Origin: Octopus sinensis
Taxonomy: Eukaryota
Assembly: GCF_006345805.1 (NCBI RefSeq)
Contig: NC_042997.1
Coordinates: 97,836,001-97,900,000 of the forward strand
Length of the DNA stretch: 64,000 nucleotides
Reading direction: 5' to 3'
The notes below the pieces were generated by a model, which searched no databases, was not told where the DNA came from, and saw only the letters and a program-made list of their open reading frames with translations. Below are positions 1 to 11,525 of this stretch, in pieces. Position numbers and translations under genes: made by a program. Every line of letters begins with the position of its first letter. Within the stretch, counting starts at the first letter, position 1.

Positions 1-103
1 TTGCAATAACTGTTAATTACAAAAATACATTTTTTTCATTTAGTTGAAGATGTAACATTTAGTAATATTTTAACAGTGGTAAAGGTGTATTCCTAACCTT
101 TAC

Positions 104-348
104 CTTTCATATAGCAGGTAACTCTTGAGTTTATTGTAACTTGTCAGCTCACACCTGGAATCTGAGGATTGATTTCTCCTCCTGGGCGAATATTCAGGCC
201 ATTTAATGCTGGTGGTGAATGTGGCTAACAAGACTAATACTGGTGTAGAGTACATGATTGTATTAGCCACCTGTGAATGCTGGAGTTGGTTGTATTTGCT
301 TCTGTTTAGCTTTTTGCTGCCATCATCTCTCTTCCTCTTTTTATTCAT
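104..348 (-). CDS. Possible coding exon of an unidentified host gene (basic N-terminus, hydrophobic stretch, then splice donor)
   Basis: Repeat-free, relatively GC-richer segment. Minus-strand frame MNKKRKRDDGSKK...IMYSTPVLVLLATFTTSIKW...SYLLYE ends at GAAAG|GTAAAG (donor-like; GT at 103-102). No family recognised. Confidence 0.3.
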
Positions 349-625
349 TGTCTTTCAAACAATATTATGAGATGGTATCAAAAAGTTCCCTAACTAGTTC
401 TGTAGCCAACAGATGGCAGCACATGGTTGCATGCACAGCGAGAGCTAGCAGTGACCTTCATGGGGCAGTGTGGCAAGTGACATTGTGTTACTTTGCAAGT
501 TGTGAAATATGTGGTTTTTTTGATCACTGTATGACACCTTGTAGTCTGTGATTTTGTCATGAACAAGAAGTTGGAAGAAAGAGCCAATGCCAAATTTTGA
601 TCTTTTCACCAGGAAAAAAATAATC

Positions 626-660
<35 letters not shown>

Positions 661-1020
661 GTGGAATCAAGTACCCTGACATCCTAATATGCTGCAAATT
701 CCTTATTTTCGTTCTGGAAAAAAGTGGGTGGGGCGAGGGGGATCCCCCATTCTGGAATCATTGGGAATTTAAAAAAAATTTTTTTTTTTTTTTTTTGTTT
801 AATAAATACTTGTGACTTCCTATGTTACAAAACCCTTTTTGGGGTCTGAAAAACGGGGTGGGGTGAGGTGGAAGCCTCGGAAATTTTACCCACTCCCAAC
901 GTTTTACAGAATTAAATTTTCCAGTGAGAGAATTACATGGTTCATTATTAAATATATTATATATAGTAGAGAATGTGACATTTATATTGTGTTTGTATGT
1001 ATGTATGTATGCATGCATGT

Positions 1021-1180
1021 GTGTATATATATATAGATATAGATAGAGAGAGATAGAGATAGATAGATATATAGATAGATAGATATATAGAGATATAGAT
1101 AGATAGATAGAGATAGATATAGAGATAGATAGAGATAGATATATAGATAGATAGAGATAGATAGATATAGATATAGATAA
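1021..1180. repeat. Compound (TA)/(GATA)/(GAGATA) microsatellite
   Basis: Direct reading. Confidence 0.95.
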
Positions 1181-1619
1181 ATGCCGTACAAACCTTCGAT
1201 GCAACCTTCTCCACTACAGACCTTCAATGTAGATCTGCGAGGCAACCTTCTCCAATGCATATCTTCGATACAGCCATACAGCCTTGACCTAGGAGGGGTT
1301 AGGACTAGATCGGGATTAGTCGCTGCCTTTTAGAGACTCCCGAGTTCAATTTCGCTAGGTTAGCATAGGTTAAGGCTTAGTTGTGATCCGAACATAACCT
1401 CTTCTGACACAGAGGGTCGGGAGCCCTTTTGGGTGTTCTATTTTCCTTGCCAGAAGGGCTCCCAACCAAGGGGTGAGGGTTAGACGATGGGGTAGTAGTT
1501 TCGAAAGGGCTGGCATATGCAGCCTGATCACCTCTGCCGGTCAAATTCCCAACCCATGCGTTCCCGTCGCGACACTGATTCTGCAGAACTGTGTTGGGTG
1601 TGAAAATTAACTTTAAAGT

Positions 1620-2100
1620 ATAAATATAGATTTTATTGAATCAACAATGTTGTGTTCGGTTAAGTCCTATTTGCGGTGAAAAATCAATGAACTGGTTCCT
1701 TATGGGGTTTTCCAGTCAATTAGGATGAAAAATCGATAAACCGATTCCTTATAGGATTTCCCACCAAAATTGGCTACACTCCATTTTCAGCTATAACTTT
1801 TACCAATTTTGACGTATTTTGTTCAAACTTGATGCCGGTGTTACTTAGGACTCATTGGATCTTTGAATGCTTTAAGTTCTCTAAAACAATAATCGATGAG
1901 TGGAAAACATCGATAAACCGATTCCTTATGGGATTTCCCAATCAAATTGTCTGTAACCCATTTTCAGCCAAAAGTTTACCAATTTCAACGGATTTCGCTC
2001 AAATTTCACGTCGGTGTTACGTAGTTTGGTTTGAAACAAAGCGCTTGATTAACTTAATAATCCTAACTTAATCCCTGGCAATGCCGGGCTATACTGCTAG
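1620..2100 (+). mobile_element. Non-autonomous Helitron, 3' portion
   Basis: Ends in hairpin CCCTGGCAATGCCGGG (2073-2088) then CTAG (2097-2100) before T. Internal repeats of AAAATCGATAAACCGATTCCTTAT. Same terminus type as 60709-61087. 5' end not located. Confidence 0.55.
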
Positions 2101-2820
2101 TTTAGTTTAAAATGCAGTAAAAATAAAAATAAGCGGGTCAGTGGAGCTCCAATTAGGCGACCATTAGGATATTCCTTGAGGTTAGGGAGTTGCTGGTTTG
2201 AGTTTCATTGTCCTTGCGCAAACGATATAGGAGTTGACCAACGTAACGGAGAAACATTACTCAAATTTATATTAAGATGACACCAATGAAAGAAAAATAT
2301 TGTATAATTTAGTCGATAGTGATTCAGAGTTATTTCCCTTTGAACTTTTGTACTGCTGATTACGTGCCTAGTTCAAATCTCGTTGAATTTGGCTTTTCAT
2401 AAAAGTAACTCTCATCTACAGACATTGAATTTAATGGAATGTATCACTCTGAAAGAAACCATTATTGTTTCGGAGTAGTCGCTTTAAATAAAGGTGTAGT
2501 TAATATGGAAGAATGTTTAAGGATAATTTTCCGTTTGTAAACAGTTACCTCGGGTCGGGTCATATCTGTCTGAGTGAAATTAGGTAGACAGAAACTGTAG
2601 AGAAGCTGTTCGGATGGGTTGGACATGTAATCGAAAAGGTAGAGCCTTGTCACACTGTGTCACGCCGATTCAACCTGAGAATTACGTTAAGTGTACAGAT
2701 GTCTGTGGCATGCTTAACTGCTTGCACTTTAATTCAAGAGCAGATAATTCAGTCAAACGCCGGTGAATATTCTTGCTATACAGCCTGATTACGTACTCCT
2801 GAATATGGTATATCCCCAAA

Positions 2821-3060
2821 CACAAGGTGGCCCAAAAGTAGGTTTACAGTTATTCAACTATCTCTTTCGCATTCATATATTAACAGTTTAGATCTTAATC
2901 ATAAAAATATATGAAACCATTGTTCTATGCTAATTTAGTTAATTTTGTCAAGCTCCCTTTTCAGTTTGTAAGATAGAAATTTAAATGTAATAAAATGTTT
3001 TAAAAGAAATTTAAAGTGCCTATGTGATAACTGTAAACCTACTTTTGGGCTACCAAAATA
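2821..3060. mobile_element. Tc1/mariner-type MITE
   Basis: TIRs GGTGGCCCAAAAGTAGGTTTACAGTTAT (2826-2853) and ATAACTGTAAACCTACTTTTGGGCTACC (3027-3054), with a non-coding AT-rich interior. Confidence 0.75.
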
Positions 3061-3359
3061 AATACTAAACATGTCCTCTGACAGAATGGCTTTAAATATT
3101 CAATAGAAATTGAAATGAGCCGAGAACATAAATGGTTTCTAATTGAGACACAAGGCTACTCATCTTGAGAAGAGGTGGTTTGTCGATATCATCGACCGCA
3201 GTACTTCATTGGTACTTTATTTCATCGACCCTGGAGGAATGAAAGGTCAAGTTGACTTCTGTGTAATTGAACTCAGAAAGTAAAGAACCGGAACAAATAA
3301 TGCAAGGCATTTTTTCCGACGCTCCATCGATTCTATGTATCTAATAATAAGAATAATAG

Positions 3360-3577
3360 TATTCCTTTCAACTATAGGCGCAAGGCCTGAAATTTGTGGG
3401 GAGGGGTTAAGTTGATTACATCGACCCCAGTACTGAACTGGTACCTAATTTATTGACCCCGAAAGGATGAAAGGCAAAGTCGACCTTGGAGGAATTTGAA
3501 CTCAGAACGTAGCGACGGGCGAAATACCGCTAAGCATTTCATCCAGCGTACAAACGATTCTGCCAGTTCGCCGCCTT
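3360..3577 (-). mobile_element. tRNA-derived SINE, family A (MetaSINE-like central domain)
   Basis: Reverse complement reads GGCGGCGAACTGGCAGAATCG (A-box-like)...GAGTTCAAATTCC (B-box-like)...GACTTTGCCTTTCATCCTTTCGGGGTC...GTACCAG. Confidence 0.85.
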
Positions 3578-3595
3578 AATATAATAATAATAATA

Positions 3596-4176
3596 ATGGT
3601 TTCAAATTTTGGAACAAGACCAGCAATTTCGGGAGAGATTCTAGTCGATTACATCGACCCCCAATGCGTAACTGGTACTTAATTTATCGACCCCGAAAGG
3701 ATGAAAGGCAAAGTCGACCACGGCGGAATTTGAACTCAGGTATTTCGTCTGCCGCTACGTTCTGAGTTCAAATTCCGCCGAGGTCGACTTTGCTTTTCAT
3801 CCTTTCGGGGTCGATAAATTAAGTACCAGTTACGCACTAGAGACGATGCAATCGGCTTAATCCCTTTGTCTGTCCTTGTTTGTCTCCTCTGTGTTTAGCC
3901 CATTGTGGGTAGTAAAGAAATAGGTATTTCGTCTGCTGCTACGTTCTATTTCTTTACTACCCACAATGGGCTAAACACAGAGGAGACAAACAAGGACAGA
4001 CAAAAGGATTAAGCCGATTGCATCGTCTCCAGTGCGTAACTGGTACTTAATTTATCGACCCCGAAAGGATGAAAAGCAAAGTCGACCTCGGCGGAATTTG
4101 AACCCAGAACGTAACGACAGACGAAATACTGCTAAGCATTTCGCCCGGCGTGCTAACGCTCCTGCTAGCTCGCCGC
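3596..4176. mobile_element. Three family-A SINE segments in alternating orientation (-,+,-)
   Basis: Minus partial 3596-3739, plus partial 3739-3947, minus near-full 3948-4176. Confidence 0.85.
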
Positions 4177-5037
4177 ATTTCTTTCTCCCATATAATAACC
4201 TACTTGTTGTCACTTCTGACAGCACACTCCAATACAGAGGGTAATACTCTTCACTCTTTCTTAGCGTTACGCACACAGATGACATCTACATGCAATCGTG
4301 ATATCTCAAATGGAACCAATACCGAACACAGACCTCAAAATCATTCTCTAATGGCAGTAACGTAGCTTAGAACGTGTACCGTCCAAGGCAGCCCTACATT
4401 TTGCCTCCCAACGTCCCGGCACCCACCCGACACACAAGCTTATACAGTAGACCCCCAAAATGCTGCTCCCTCAAGAGTGCTCCCACATAACATCTCTTCA
4501 TCTACACTACTTTCCAATGGTATAATTATGTATTTAGTGTCCAAATTTTTTCTTGTTAAATCATCTTTATTTTATTAGAATTTCTAAATGAAAAAAAGGG
4601 AAGAGAGGTAAGAAAGAAAAAGGTGGTGGTGGGGTTAAAGCAGGGAAGATGGGGATGGAGGGGGCGATGGACCACATACCGCAGAACAAAAAGTGTTCTC
4701 TGCTGCTTCTCATGGTAATGACTGCAATGGTGTTGCCGCGGGGAAGGGCTAGCAACACTTGCTGCAGCAGCCACTCCAACTCGTGGGCCTCATTTCTCCG
4801 ACGGGCCGCCGGTATCCCTATTTTGCGACGGAAGCAACACAAAGACATTCATTGCCCATATATTCAAGGTCGCTAGAATATCCATAATAATAATAAAGAA
4901 AAAAAAAACGAAAAAAAGAAAACACTCAAAAGATTGGTCTTTCTCTTTAGAATGAAAATAATAAATGTTTTGCTCTGTTCAGGTACCGACTCCATAAAAT
5001 TCAAGTGAGGCCATGATACAATATTTCTCTTACATAA

Positions 5038-5190
5038 GTGCAGGCATGGCTGTGTGGTAAGAAGTTTGCTTCCCAACAACATGGTTCAGGGTTCATCTTC
5101 GGCAAGTGCCTTCTAATATAGCCTCGGGCCGTTTAAAGCCTTGTGAGTAGATTTGGTAGACGGAATATGAAAGAAGCCCATCCTGTGTAT
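5038..5190 (+). mobile_element. SINE family B, 5' half (tRNA head plus CORE-like segment)
   Basis: GCAGGCATGGCTGTGTGGTAAG...GGCAAGTGCCTTCT...GAAAGAAGCCC, matching the full copies at 13672 and 25753. Confidence 0.75.
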
Positions 5191-5721
5191 ATACATACAC
5201 TCACACACACACACACAAACCAACTGGGAGGATGGAGATAAGATTAATAAAAGCTTATTAATACATTGACAAGACCAGACCTACAATTGTTTCAGTTCAT
5301 CACCTGCAGCATAAGATCAACCAAATTTAATTTAATTTTGCTAAATCAATGTAGTTAATTACTACCAGTAAGAATATCTCCAGTGAAGGACTACAAAGAC
5401 ATTTATATTTAAAACATAATAAAAACATTAAAAAGGAAGAATACAGTGTACCGTTAAAGATAAAAATATGTACATTAATAAAAATAGATACAGATATAAA
5501 AAAAAATAGTTAATCATAAATTTATATCAATGGCAACAATGATAATGCAGACAATCCCATGCAAAAATATGAATAATGGTGATATTCATATTTTTGCATG
5601 GGCATGTCTGCATTATCATTGTTGCTATTGATATAAATTTATGACTAACTATTTTTTTTTATATCCTTTAGAGAAATTTATGACTATTTTTCTTATATCT
5701 GTATCTATTTTTATTAATGTA

Positions 5722-7246
5722 TGATTGATTGATTGATTGATTGATTGATTCCAGTTTCAGCTCATGAGCTGTGGCCATGCTGGGGCACCGCCATTTGGTG
5801 TTGCTACTTGGTTTCACTTCATGGAGGCTTTCTAGCAACTGCTATTTGGTGCATGAGAGAGTTCGATGCAGCTGCCCGCATCTGCCCCTCCTGCCGTGAA
5901 GTTGGTTCATCTGGGACACCTGACAGGAAGAGATCCAGCTCCATTTTAAAGACATCTGTATCCACCCCATGCAGGTCTCTCAGGTTCATCGGGAGGATAT
6001 TGAAGAGCTGTGGGCCTCGGAAGCCCAGGCTATCACAGAATCTTGTCCTACATCTTGATGGCAAGTTTGGAGTCCTAGGCACCACGCAGTGGCGCCCAGT
6101 TCTGGCGTTTGCGTAACTCTCGATGCCAAAGTTCAGGACACTTCCCTCCAGGATCTTCCAGATGTATATTATGGCATATCTTTCCCGCCTACGCTCCAGG
6201 GAATATAATTTTAATCTCTTGAGTCTTTCCCAGTAGCTTACATTCTGCATAGAGGCTATCTTCTTCGTGTAGCTTCGTTGGATCGCCTCAAGTTCTGTGA
6301 TCAACTTGACACTGGATGGTGACCATAGCTGAGAGCAATAGTCAAAGTGACTTAGGACAAGCGTCTTCCAGAGGACCATCATGGTTTCTTGTTCTCTTGT
6401 TCTAAAGGTTCTAAGAATCCATCCAGCCAGGCGTCTGCATTTCACTGTCAGTTTAGCAACATGTACATGAAAGGTCGCGTCATCACTCATGTGAATACCC
6501 AGGTCACGCACTGATTGTGCCTCTGGGATTGCAATCCCTCCGGGTCCAGTGTATTCCTTGGGTATTGCATTCAGTTTTGCATGCTGATAGTATAAAGCTT
6601 GAAACTTTTCAGCATTGAACTGCATGCTATTCTTTTCAGCCCACTTGTAAATTTCGTCCAGCTCATATTGCAGGTGCCTAGTATCTTCAGGGTTCTGTAT
6701 TGCCTGTGAAACTTTTGTATCATCTGCATAACTTGTGATCGTGGCTCTCCGCGTGGCTGAGGGCATGTCTGAGAGGGCCATTATGAACAGTAGTGGTCCC
6801 AAAACAGTGCCCTGTGGAACACCGCTCACTATTTGCGTGCTAATGGAAGTGGCCCCATTGGCTACTACCACCTGACTTCTATTCTTCAGAAAGTCGTGAA
6901 GCCATTCTCCTAGTTTTCCAACTATGCCAAGATCACGCAGTTTGTGACATATCATTCCATGATCGACTTTATCGAAGGCCTTTGCGAAGTGGAGATATAT
7001 CACTTCCACATTTGAGTGGTTGAGCAGTTGTTTCAGCACCCAGTCATAGTGCTGCAGGAGCTGAGTTAAGCAGCTTCTTCCTGGTCGGAAACCATGTTGG
7101 GTGTCAGGCAGCAAGTCATTTTCTTCAAGGAAGGTGATTAGTTTCCTTTTGACTATTCGTTCCATGACCTTGCTGATGTGTGAGGTCAGAGAGATAGGTC
7201 TGTAGTTCTTGGCCTCCGCTCTGCTACCTCCTTTATGAATGGGGCA
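5722..7246 (-). mobile_element. 5'-truncated CR1-like LINE with (TCAA)n tail
   Basis: RT ORF, short 3' UTR with stem-loop (5751-5792) and (TCAA)n tail 5722-5750. Inserted in the palindrome arm between AATGTA and CATAT. Confidence 0.95.
5819..7246 (-). CDS. CR1-like reverse transcriptase ORF (uninterrupted, 5'-truncated)
   Basis: ICPIHKGG..KNYRPISLTS, QHGFRPGRSC, FAKAFDKVDH, SGVPQGTVLGPLLF, YADD, LEAIQR, LYSLERRRERY. Motif-A Asp appears as His (YLHF). Confidence 0.9.
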   Translation of the reverse strand, partial: CPIHKGGSRAEAKNYRPISLTSHISKVMERIVKRKLITFLEENDLLPDTQHGFRPGRSCLTQLLQHYDWVLKQLLNHSNVEVIYLHFAKAFDKVDHGMICHKLRDLGIVGKLGEWLHDFLKNRSQVVVANGATSISTQIVSGVPQGTVLGPLLFIMALSDMPSATRRATITSYADDTKVSQAIQNPEDTRHLQYELDEIYKWAEKNSMQFNAEKFQALYYQHAKLNAIPKEYTGPGGIAIPEAQSVRDLGIHMSDDATFHVHVAKLTVKCRRLAGWILRTFRTREQETMMVLWKTLVLSHFDYCSQLWSPSSVKLITELEAIQRSYTKKIASMQNVSYWERLKRLKLYSLERRRERYAIIYIWKILEGSVLNFGIESYANARTGRHCVVPRTPNLPSRCRTRFCDSLGFRGPQLFNILPMNLRDLHGVDTDVFKMELDLFLSGVPDEPTSRQEGQMRAAASNSLMHQIAVARKPP

Positions 7247-7486
7247 TATATTTTTATCTTTAACGGTACACTGTATTCTTCCTTTTTAATATTTTTATTA
7301 TGTTTTAAATATGATAAATATTTTTGTACGTCCTTCCCTGAAGATATTTTCACTTGTAGTAATTAACTACATTGATTTAGTTAAATTAAGTGATGAACTG
7401 AAGCAATTGTAGGTTTGATCTTGTCAATGTATTAATAAGCTTGTAATAATCTTATCTCCATATTCTCTCATGGTTTTTATAATATT

Positions 7487-7870
7487 AACAAGAGCACTCA
7501 GAAAGCGCAAACCTCCGCCAAGGCAACACCAATGTCCTCTCAGCGATTAGCTGGAGATGATTTTTAAAATGAGAATATCTGAAATAAACTCGACTGTTCT
7601 CACAAACGAGAATACTAAAAATGAACCTGCTCTCAAAAATTAAGTAAAAAAACCGGAAAAATAATCCAGAATCCTTGTCCGGTACCTGATTGATCCCAGT
7701 GGTAGTCATGGAATATTAAGTTGGCTGTAGAAAATTTAGTAACAGTAATAAATAGTTTATCCTTATCTAATACATTCCTGTGAATTAGCGGATCGGGAGA
7801 AAGGATCGACAGTAAAAGATAAAAGATAACATCTGTGACAGTGATACTCCTAAACACGCACGTAGAAATA
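7487..7870 (+). mobile_element. Non-autonomous DNA element starting AACAAGAGCACTCAG...ACCTCCGCCAAGG (possibly Helitron/Helentron-associated)
   Basis: Recognisable terminal motif from memory only. Interior AATCCAGAAT...CCGG resembles 53715-53760. 3' end not defined. Confidence 0.3.
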
Positions 7871-9231
7871 TTTCTGATCGGATCTCAGCGATGGCTATAC
7901 AACTCACTATCATTATCAAAATCTCACCAACACACCACACTCTATGGTTGCAGAGTTACTATCTCTTCACTTTGCATAACATGACTCTACCCCTCCCTGT
8001 TAGTTGCAAGTCGTTATGTTGCTGTCGCCGATCGTTTATTGTGGTTGTTGTCAGCTCGGGTCAGGTACTGTTCGTCATCTCTGTTGGCCGTCTACTACGG
8101 TGTCTGTCAATGATCTCCTCAAGCTCTTCGTCAAGTAATCAATGTATGCCGAATTTATACTGATGAGTAGGCTCAGAAAGAAGTGTTTCAAAAGATGGAA
8201 TGCGAAGTTGTGATCGGTTCGACTTTTTTATCAAGTGAGTTTTATTCTAGCGAATTGCGACATCGGGCGTATTGATTTGACTGCTGAATATTCTTGCTAT
8301 AGGTTCCCTCCACCACAGCCACTCTCTAATAGTTTCTTCTCATCACGTTAGCCCATTCTGTCTTTTGTCTTTCACATTTTCCCTTCAGACGTGATTCCTA
8401 GATGTTCAAACTGGGCATCAGCTATATCAATCTCAACAAGTTCTGAAGATTTAGAAAGATCATGGGCTAAACCTCAACAACAGAGTACTTTTTGGTTTGT
8501 TTTAGTGATCACGGTCAAGGCCATAGCTCTTTAAATCTATGTGTATGAATGTGTATTGTGTGAGTATCAAATTCTATCATCAATGACAATCATATGTGTT
8601 TACATATTGTAATTAGCTGTATAAAAATTTTACGTAAGAGTTTGAAATGTCACCTTACACGCACAATTACATGTACACAGATGCACACGTTCATGCATAC
8701 AGTTCCATACATGTATACACATCACAGTGACACACATATAAGTCTCATTTCAGGACATATTAGGTTCCTAAAGCTATTTATTGTATCATTGTTAGATTTG
8801 TGACGTATTAAAATGACCTTTCACTAAAAAAAAACAACATAATAATGTAATAGTCAGGGGTAAGAGCGCTGAAAAAAAGGTTAAGCCACCATTTTTATCG
8901 GTGATCTACATTTTTTCAGTATTTAAAAATATTGGGTAGAGTTTAAGTGCTTAAATAGGAGGAGGCATAATTGTGAGGTTTATAAGCTACAGCACGTGGT
9001 TTTGAGTTCATTCCCACTGCGCGGCACCTTCAGTAAATGTGTTCTACTATAGCTCCGGGACGACCGAAGCCTCGTGAGCGAATTTGGTTGCGAGAAAAAG
9101 AGTTGAGGGAAACTCTCTGTCTGTCTCTCTATAATGAATCCACAAACACGTATAAAACATCCAAAGGTATATATTTTCCCTCAAATGCGCGGGTCATATG
9201 AATTTAATATCTACTTAATATTTAGTGAGTG

Positions 9232-9279
<48 letters not shown>

Positions 9280-9292
9280 ATATACATATTAA

Positions 9293-9371
9293 TGAGCGCC
9301 ATACTAATACAATTGTTTGTTTGTATTCCACCTGCCTTCGTCTTTTGTTTATTTTCATAAAACTTCCCGTT
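9293..9371 (+). mobile_element. 3' fragment of the (TA)n-embedded HHR-bearing element also at 17901 and 27025
   Basis: GAGCGCCATACTAATACAATTG...CTTCCCGTT followed by (AT)n, the same terminus as the other two copies. Ribozyme part missing. Confidence 0.75.
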
Positions 9372-9628
9372 ATATATATATATATATATATATATATGAT
9401 AGGACTACACAGCCACAGCAGGAAATGTATCAGGACATAAAATATAAAAGCCGGACTAGACTACTTCATGCGCAACTCCATTGTCTCCCGAGACAGAAAG
9501 GATGCCAATACAATACAAATATATGTGTGTGTGTGTGTGTGTAAGGATGAAAAGGAACGCACGAGTTGATATATATGAAAAAATAAGTCAAAATAGAAAA
9601 TGCTAAAATAATTTTATAAAGAACATTT

Positions 9629-9666
9629 CAGTACCGGTTTCAGTCATTTTGAGACCTTTTCAACTG
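9629..9666 (-). ncRNA. Minimal type-I hammerhead ribozyme, U3-A8 core variant
   Basis: Minus strand: CAG UUGAAAA GGUC ucaaaau GACU GAA ACCGGU A CUG. Stem I CAG/CUG, stem II, palindromic stem III, GUA triplet. Confidence 0.65.
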
Positions 9667-9810
9667 TAACGATTAAATAATTAAATTTAGAAAAATTAAA
9701 AGAAATGTTTTTTTAAAGGAATATTTGTATAGTGTTCAAATATAAGTGGCATTTTCCTTGTTTCTGCCTTGCTCTGTCTCTCTTGTTCACACTTGTGGGT
9801 TCGAGGTCGT

Positions 9811-9852
<42 letters not shown>

Positions 9853-9862
9853 CGTCGTTGTG

Positions 9863-9912
<50 letters not shown>

Positions 9913-10344
9913 GCACACACATATAAGCAATAATAGATCTCTGAGCGAGATGTAAACAGTGACAGCACGACATCGTGAGGTATAGTTGCCACCTAAATGT
10001 GGTTGACCATATAAGGATGATGCTACTGTAGTTTATGGCCTCAGGAAGACATCTCTTCCAACGGGCTATTGACACACTGTCTATGTCCTATCAGTATTTG
10101 CAAAGGGAAATCATCGTTCACATCTCCCCTTACAAAGTGGTCTAATGCTCTTAGCTTAGACTTTTTGGGGACAACCAGGTCGAACCATCTTAAATGTAAC
10201 TGTCCGAAATGGTCGTAACTTCTGGTACTTGACTGATGAAAGAAAGCCAAGAACGACCCGTCTTTTTTGCCTGTCCTTCTAATTGTTGTTTCTCTTGTCC
10301 GCTTTCGTGTTGTCTATCTGACCGAACGTTTTAATGCCCTCTAT

Positions 10345-10749
10345 TCTGTTTTTGTTCCATTTTTATGTTTATATATATACATACACACACACACACATAC
10401 ATATATATATATACATATGTACATACATTATATATATATATATATATACATACACATATATATATACATATATATATATATACATATACATATATATATA
10501 TACATATATACATATATACAATTATATATATATATACACATACTCACACACAGATATATATATACATACATATATATATATATATTTAGACACACACATA
10601 TACGCACATACATATATATGTTATATATACATACATATATACATACATACATACATATACACACACACACACATATATTTCACATATATTTCATATAATT
10701 ATATACCACACATATATATATTCATATATATATCTATATATATATATAC

Positions 10750-10805
<56 letters not shown>

Positions 10806-11089
10806 ATATATATATATATATATATACGTATATATATATATATAACGTATATATATATATATATACGTATATATACGTATATATATATATATATACGTAT
10901 ATATATATATATATACGTATATATATATATTATATATATATATATACGTTATATATATATATTACGTATATATATATTATATATATATTATATATACGTA
11001 ATATATATATATAGATATATATTATATATATACGTATATTATATATATATATAGTATATATATAATAGACGTATATATATATATATATT

Positions 11090-11123
<34 letters not shown>

Positions 11124-11134
11124 CGTATTAGTTA

Positions 11135-11177
<43 letters not shown>

Positions 11178-11276
11178 TATATATATATATATCTAACGTA
11201 TATATATATATATATATACGTATATAGTACTTATATATATATACGTATTATATATATATATATCGTATATATATAT

Positions 11277-11323
<47 letters not shown>

Positions 11324-11360
11324 ACTTAACACACATATATGTATGTATGTATATATAGAG
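10345..11360. repeat. About 1-kb (TA)n/(CA)n microsatellite with TACG interruptions
   Basis: Direct reading. Confidence 0.95.
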
Positions 11361-11367
11361 AGAGACA

Positions 11368-11525
11368 TATGACGGGCTTCTTTCAGTTTCCGTCTGCCAA
11401 ATCCACTTATAAGGCTTTGGTTAGCCTGAGGCTATGGTGGAAGACACTTGGCCAAGGTGCCATGCAGTTGGATTGTACTCAGAACCATGTGGTCGGCAAA
11501 TAAGCTTTTTACCACACATCCACAC
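11368..11525 (-). mobile_element. SINE family B, 5' half
   Basis: GACGGGCTTCTTTCAGTTTCCGTCTGCCAAATCCAC...GACACTTGGCCAAGGTGCC is the reverse complement of the family-B head. Confidence 0.75.

Larger units (their letters stand above)
5233..7460. repeat. Long AT-rich foldback palindrome, right arm interrupted by a LINE
   Basis: Left arm 5233-5575, spacer ATGGTGA 5576-5582, right arm 5583-5721 resuming at about 7245-7460. Arms are reverse complements (TGGAGATAAGATTA / TAATCTTATCTCCA at the outer ends). Confidence 0.85.

Noticed and set aside
600-900. Regulatory element or G-quadruplex in poly-T and G-run sequence
   Set aside because: Homopolymer-inflated appearance suggests low-quality sequence, so it is not interpretable without reads.
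4556-4876. GC-rich overlapping ORFs as a host exon
   Set aside because: No recognisable domain in the frames I read, no convincing splice signals, and it sits among repeat debris.
8160-8185. CTGATGA...GAAA hammerhead candidate
   Set aside because: Stem II is at most 1 bp in register, and there is no stem III or stem I pairing.
10041-10250. AP-endonuclease fragment (GDVND motif)
   Set aside because: A single weak motif, not enough to call.
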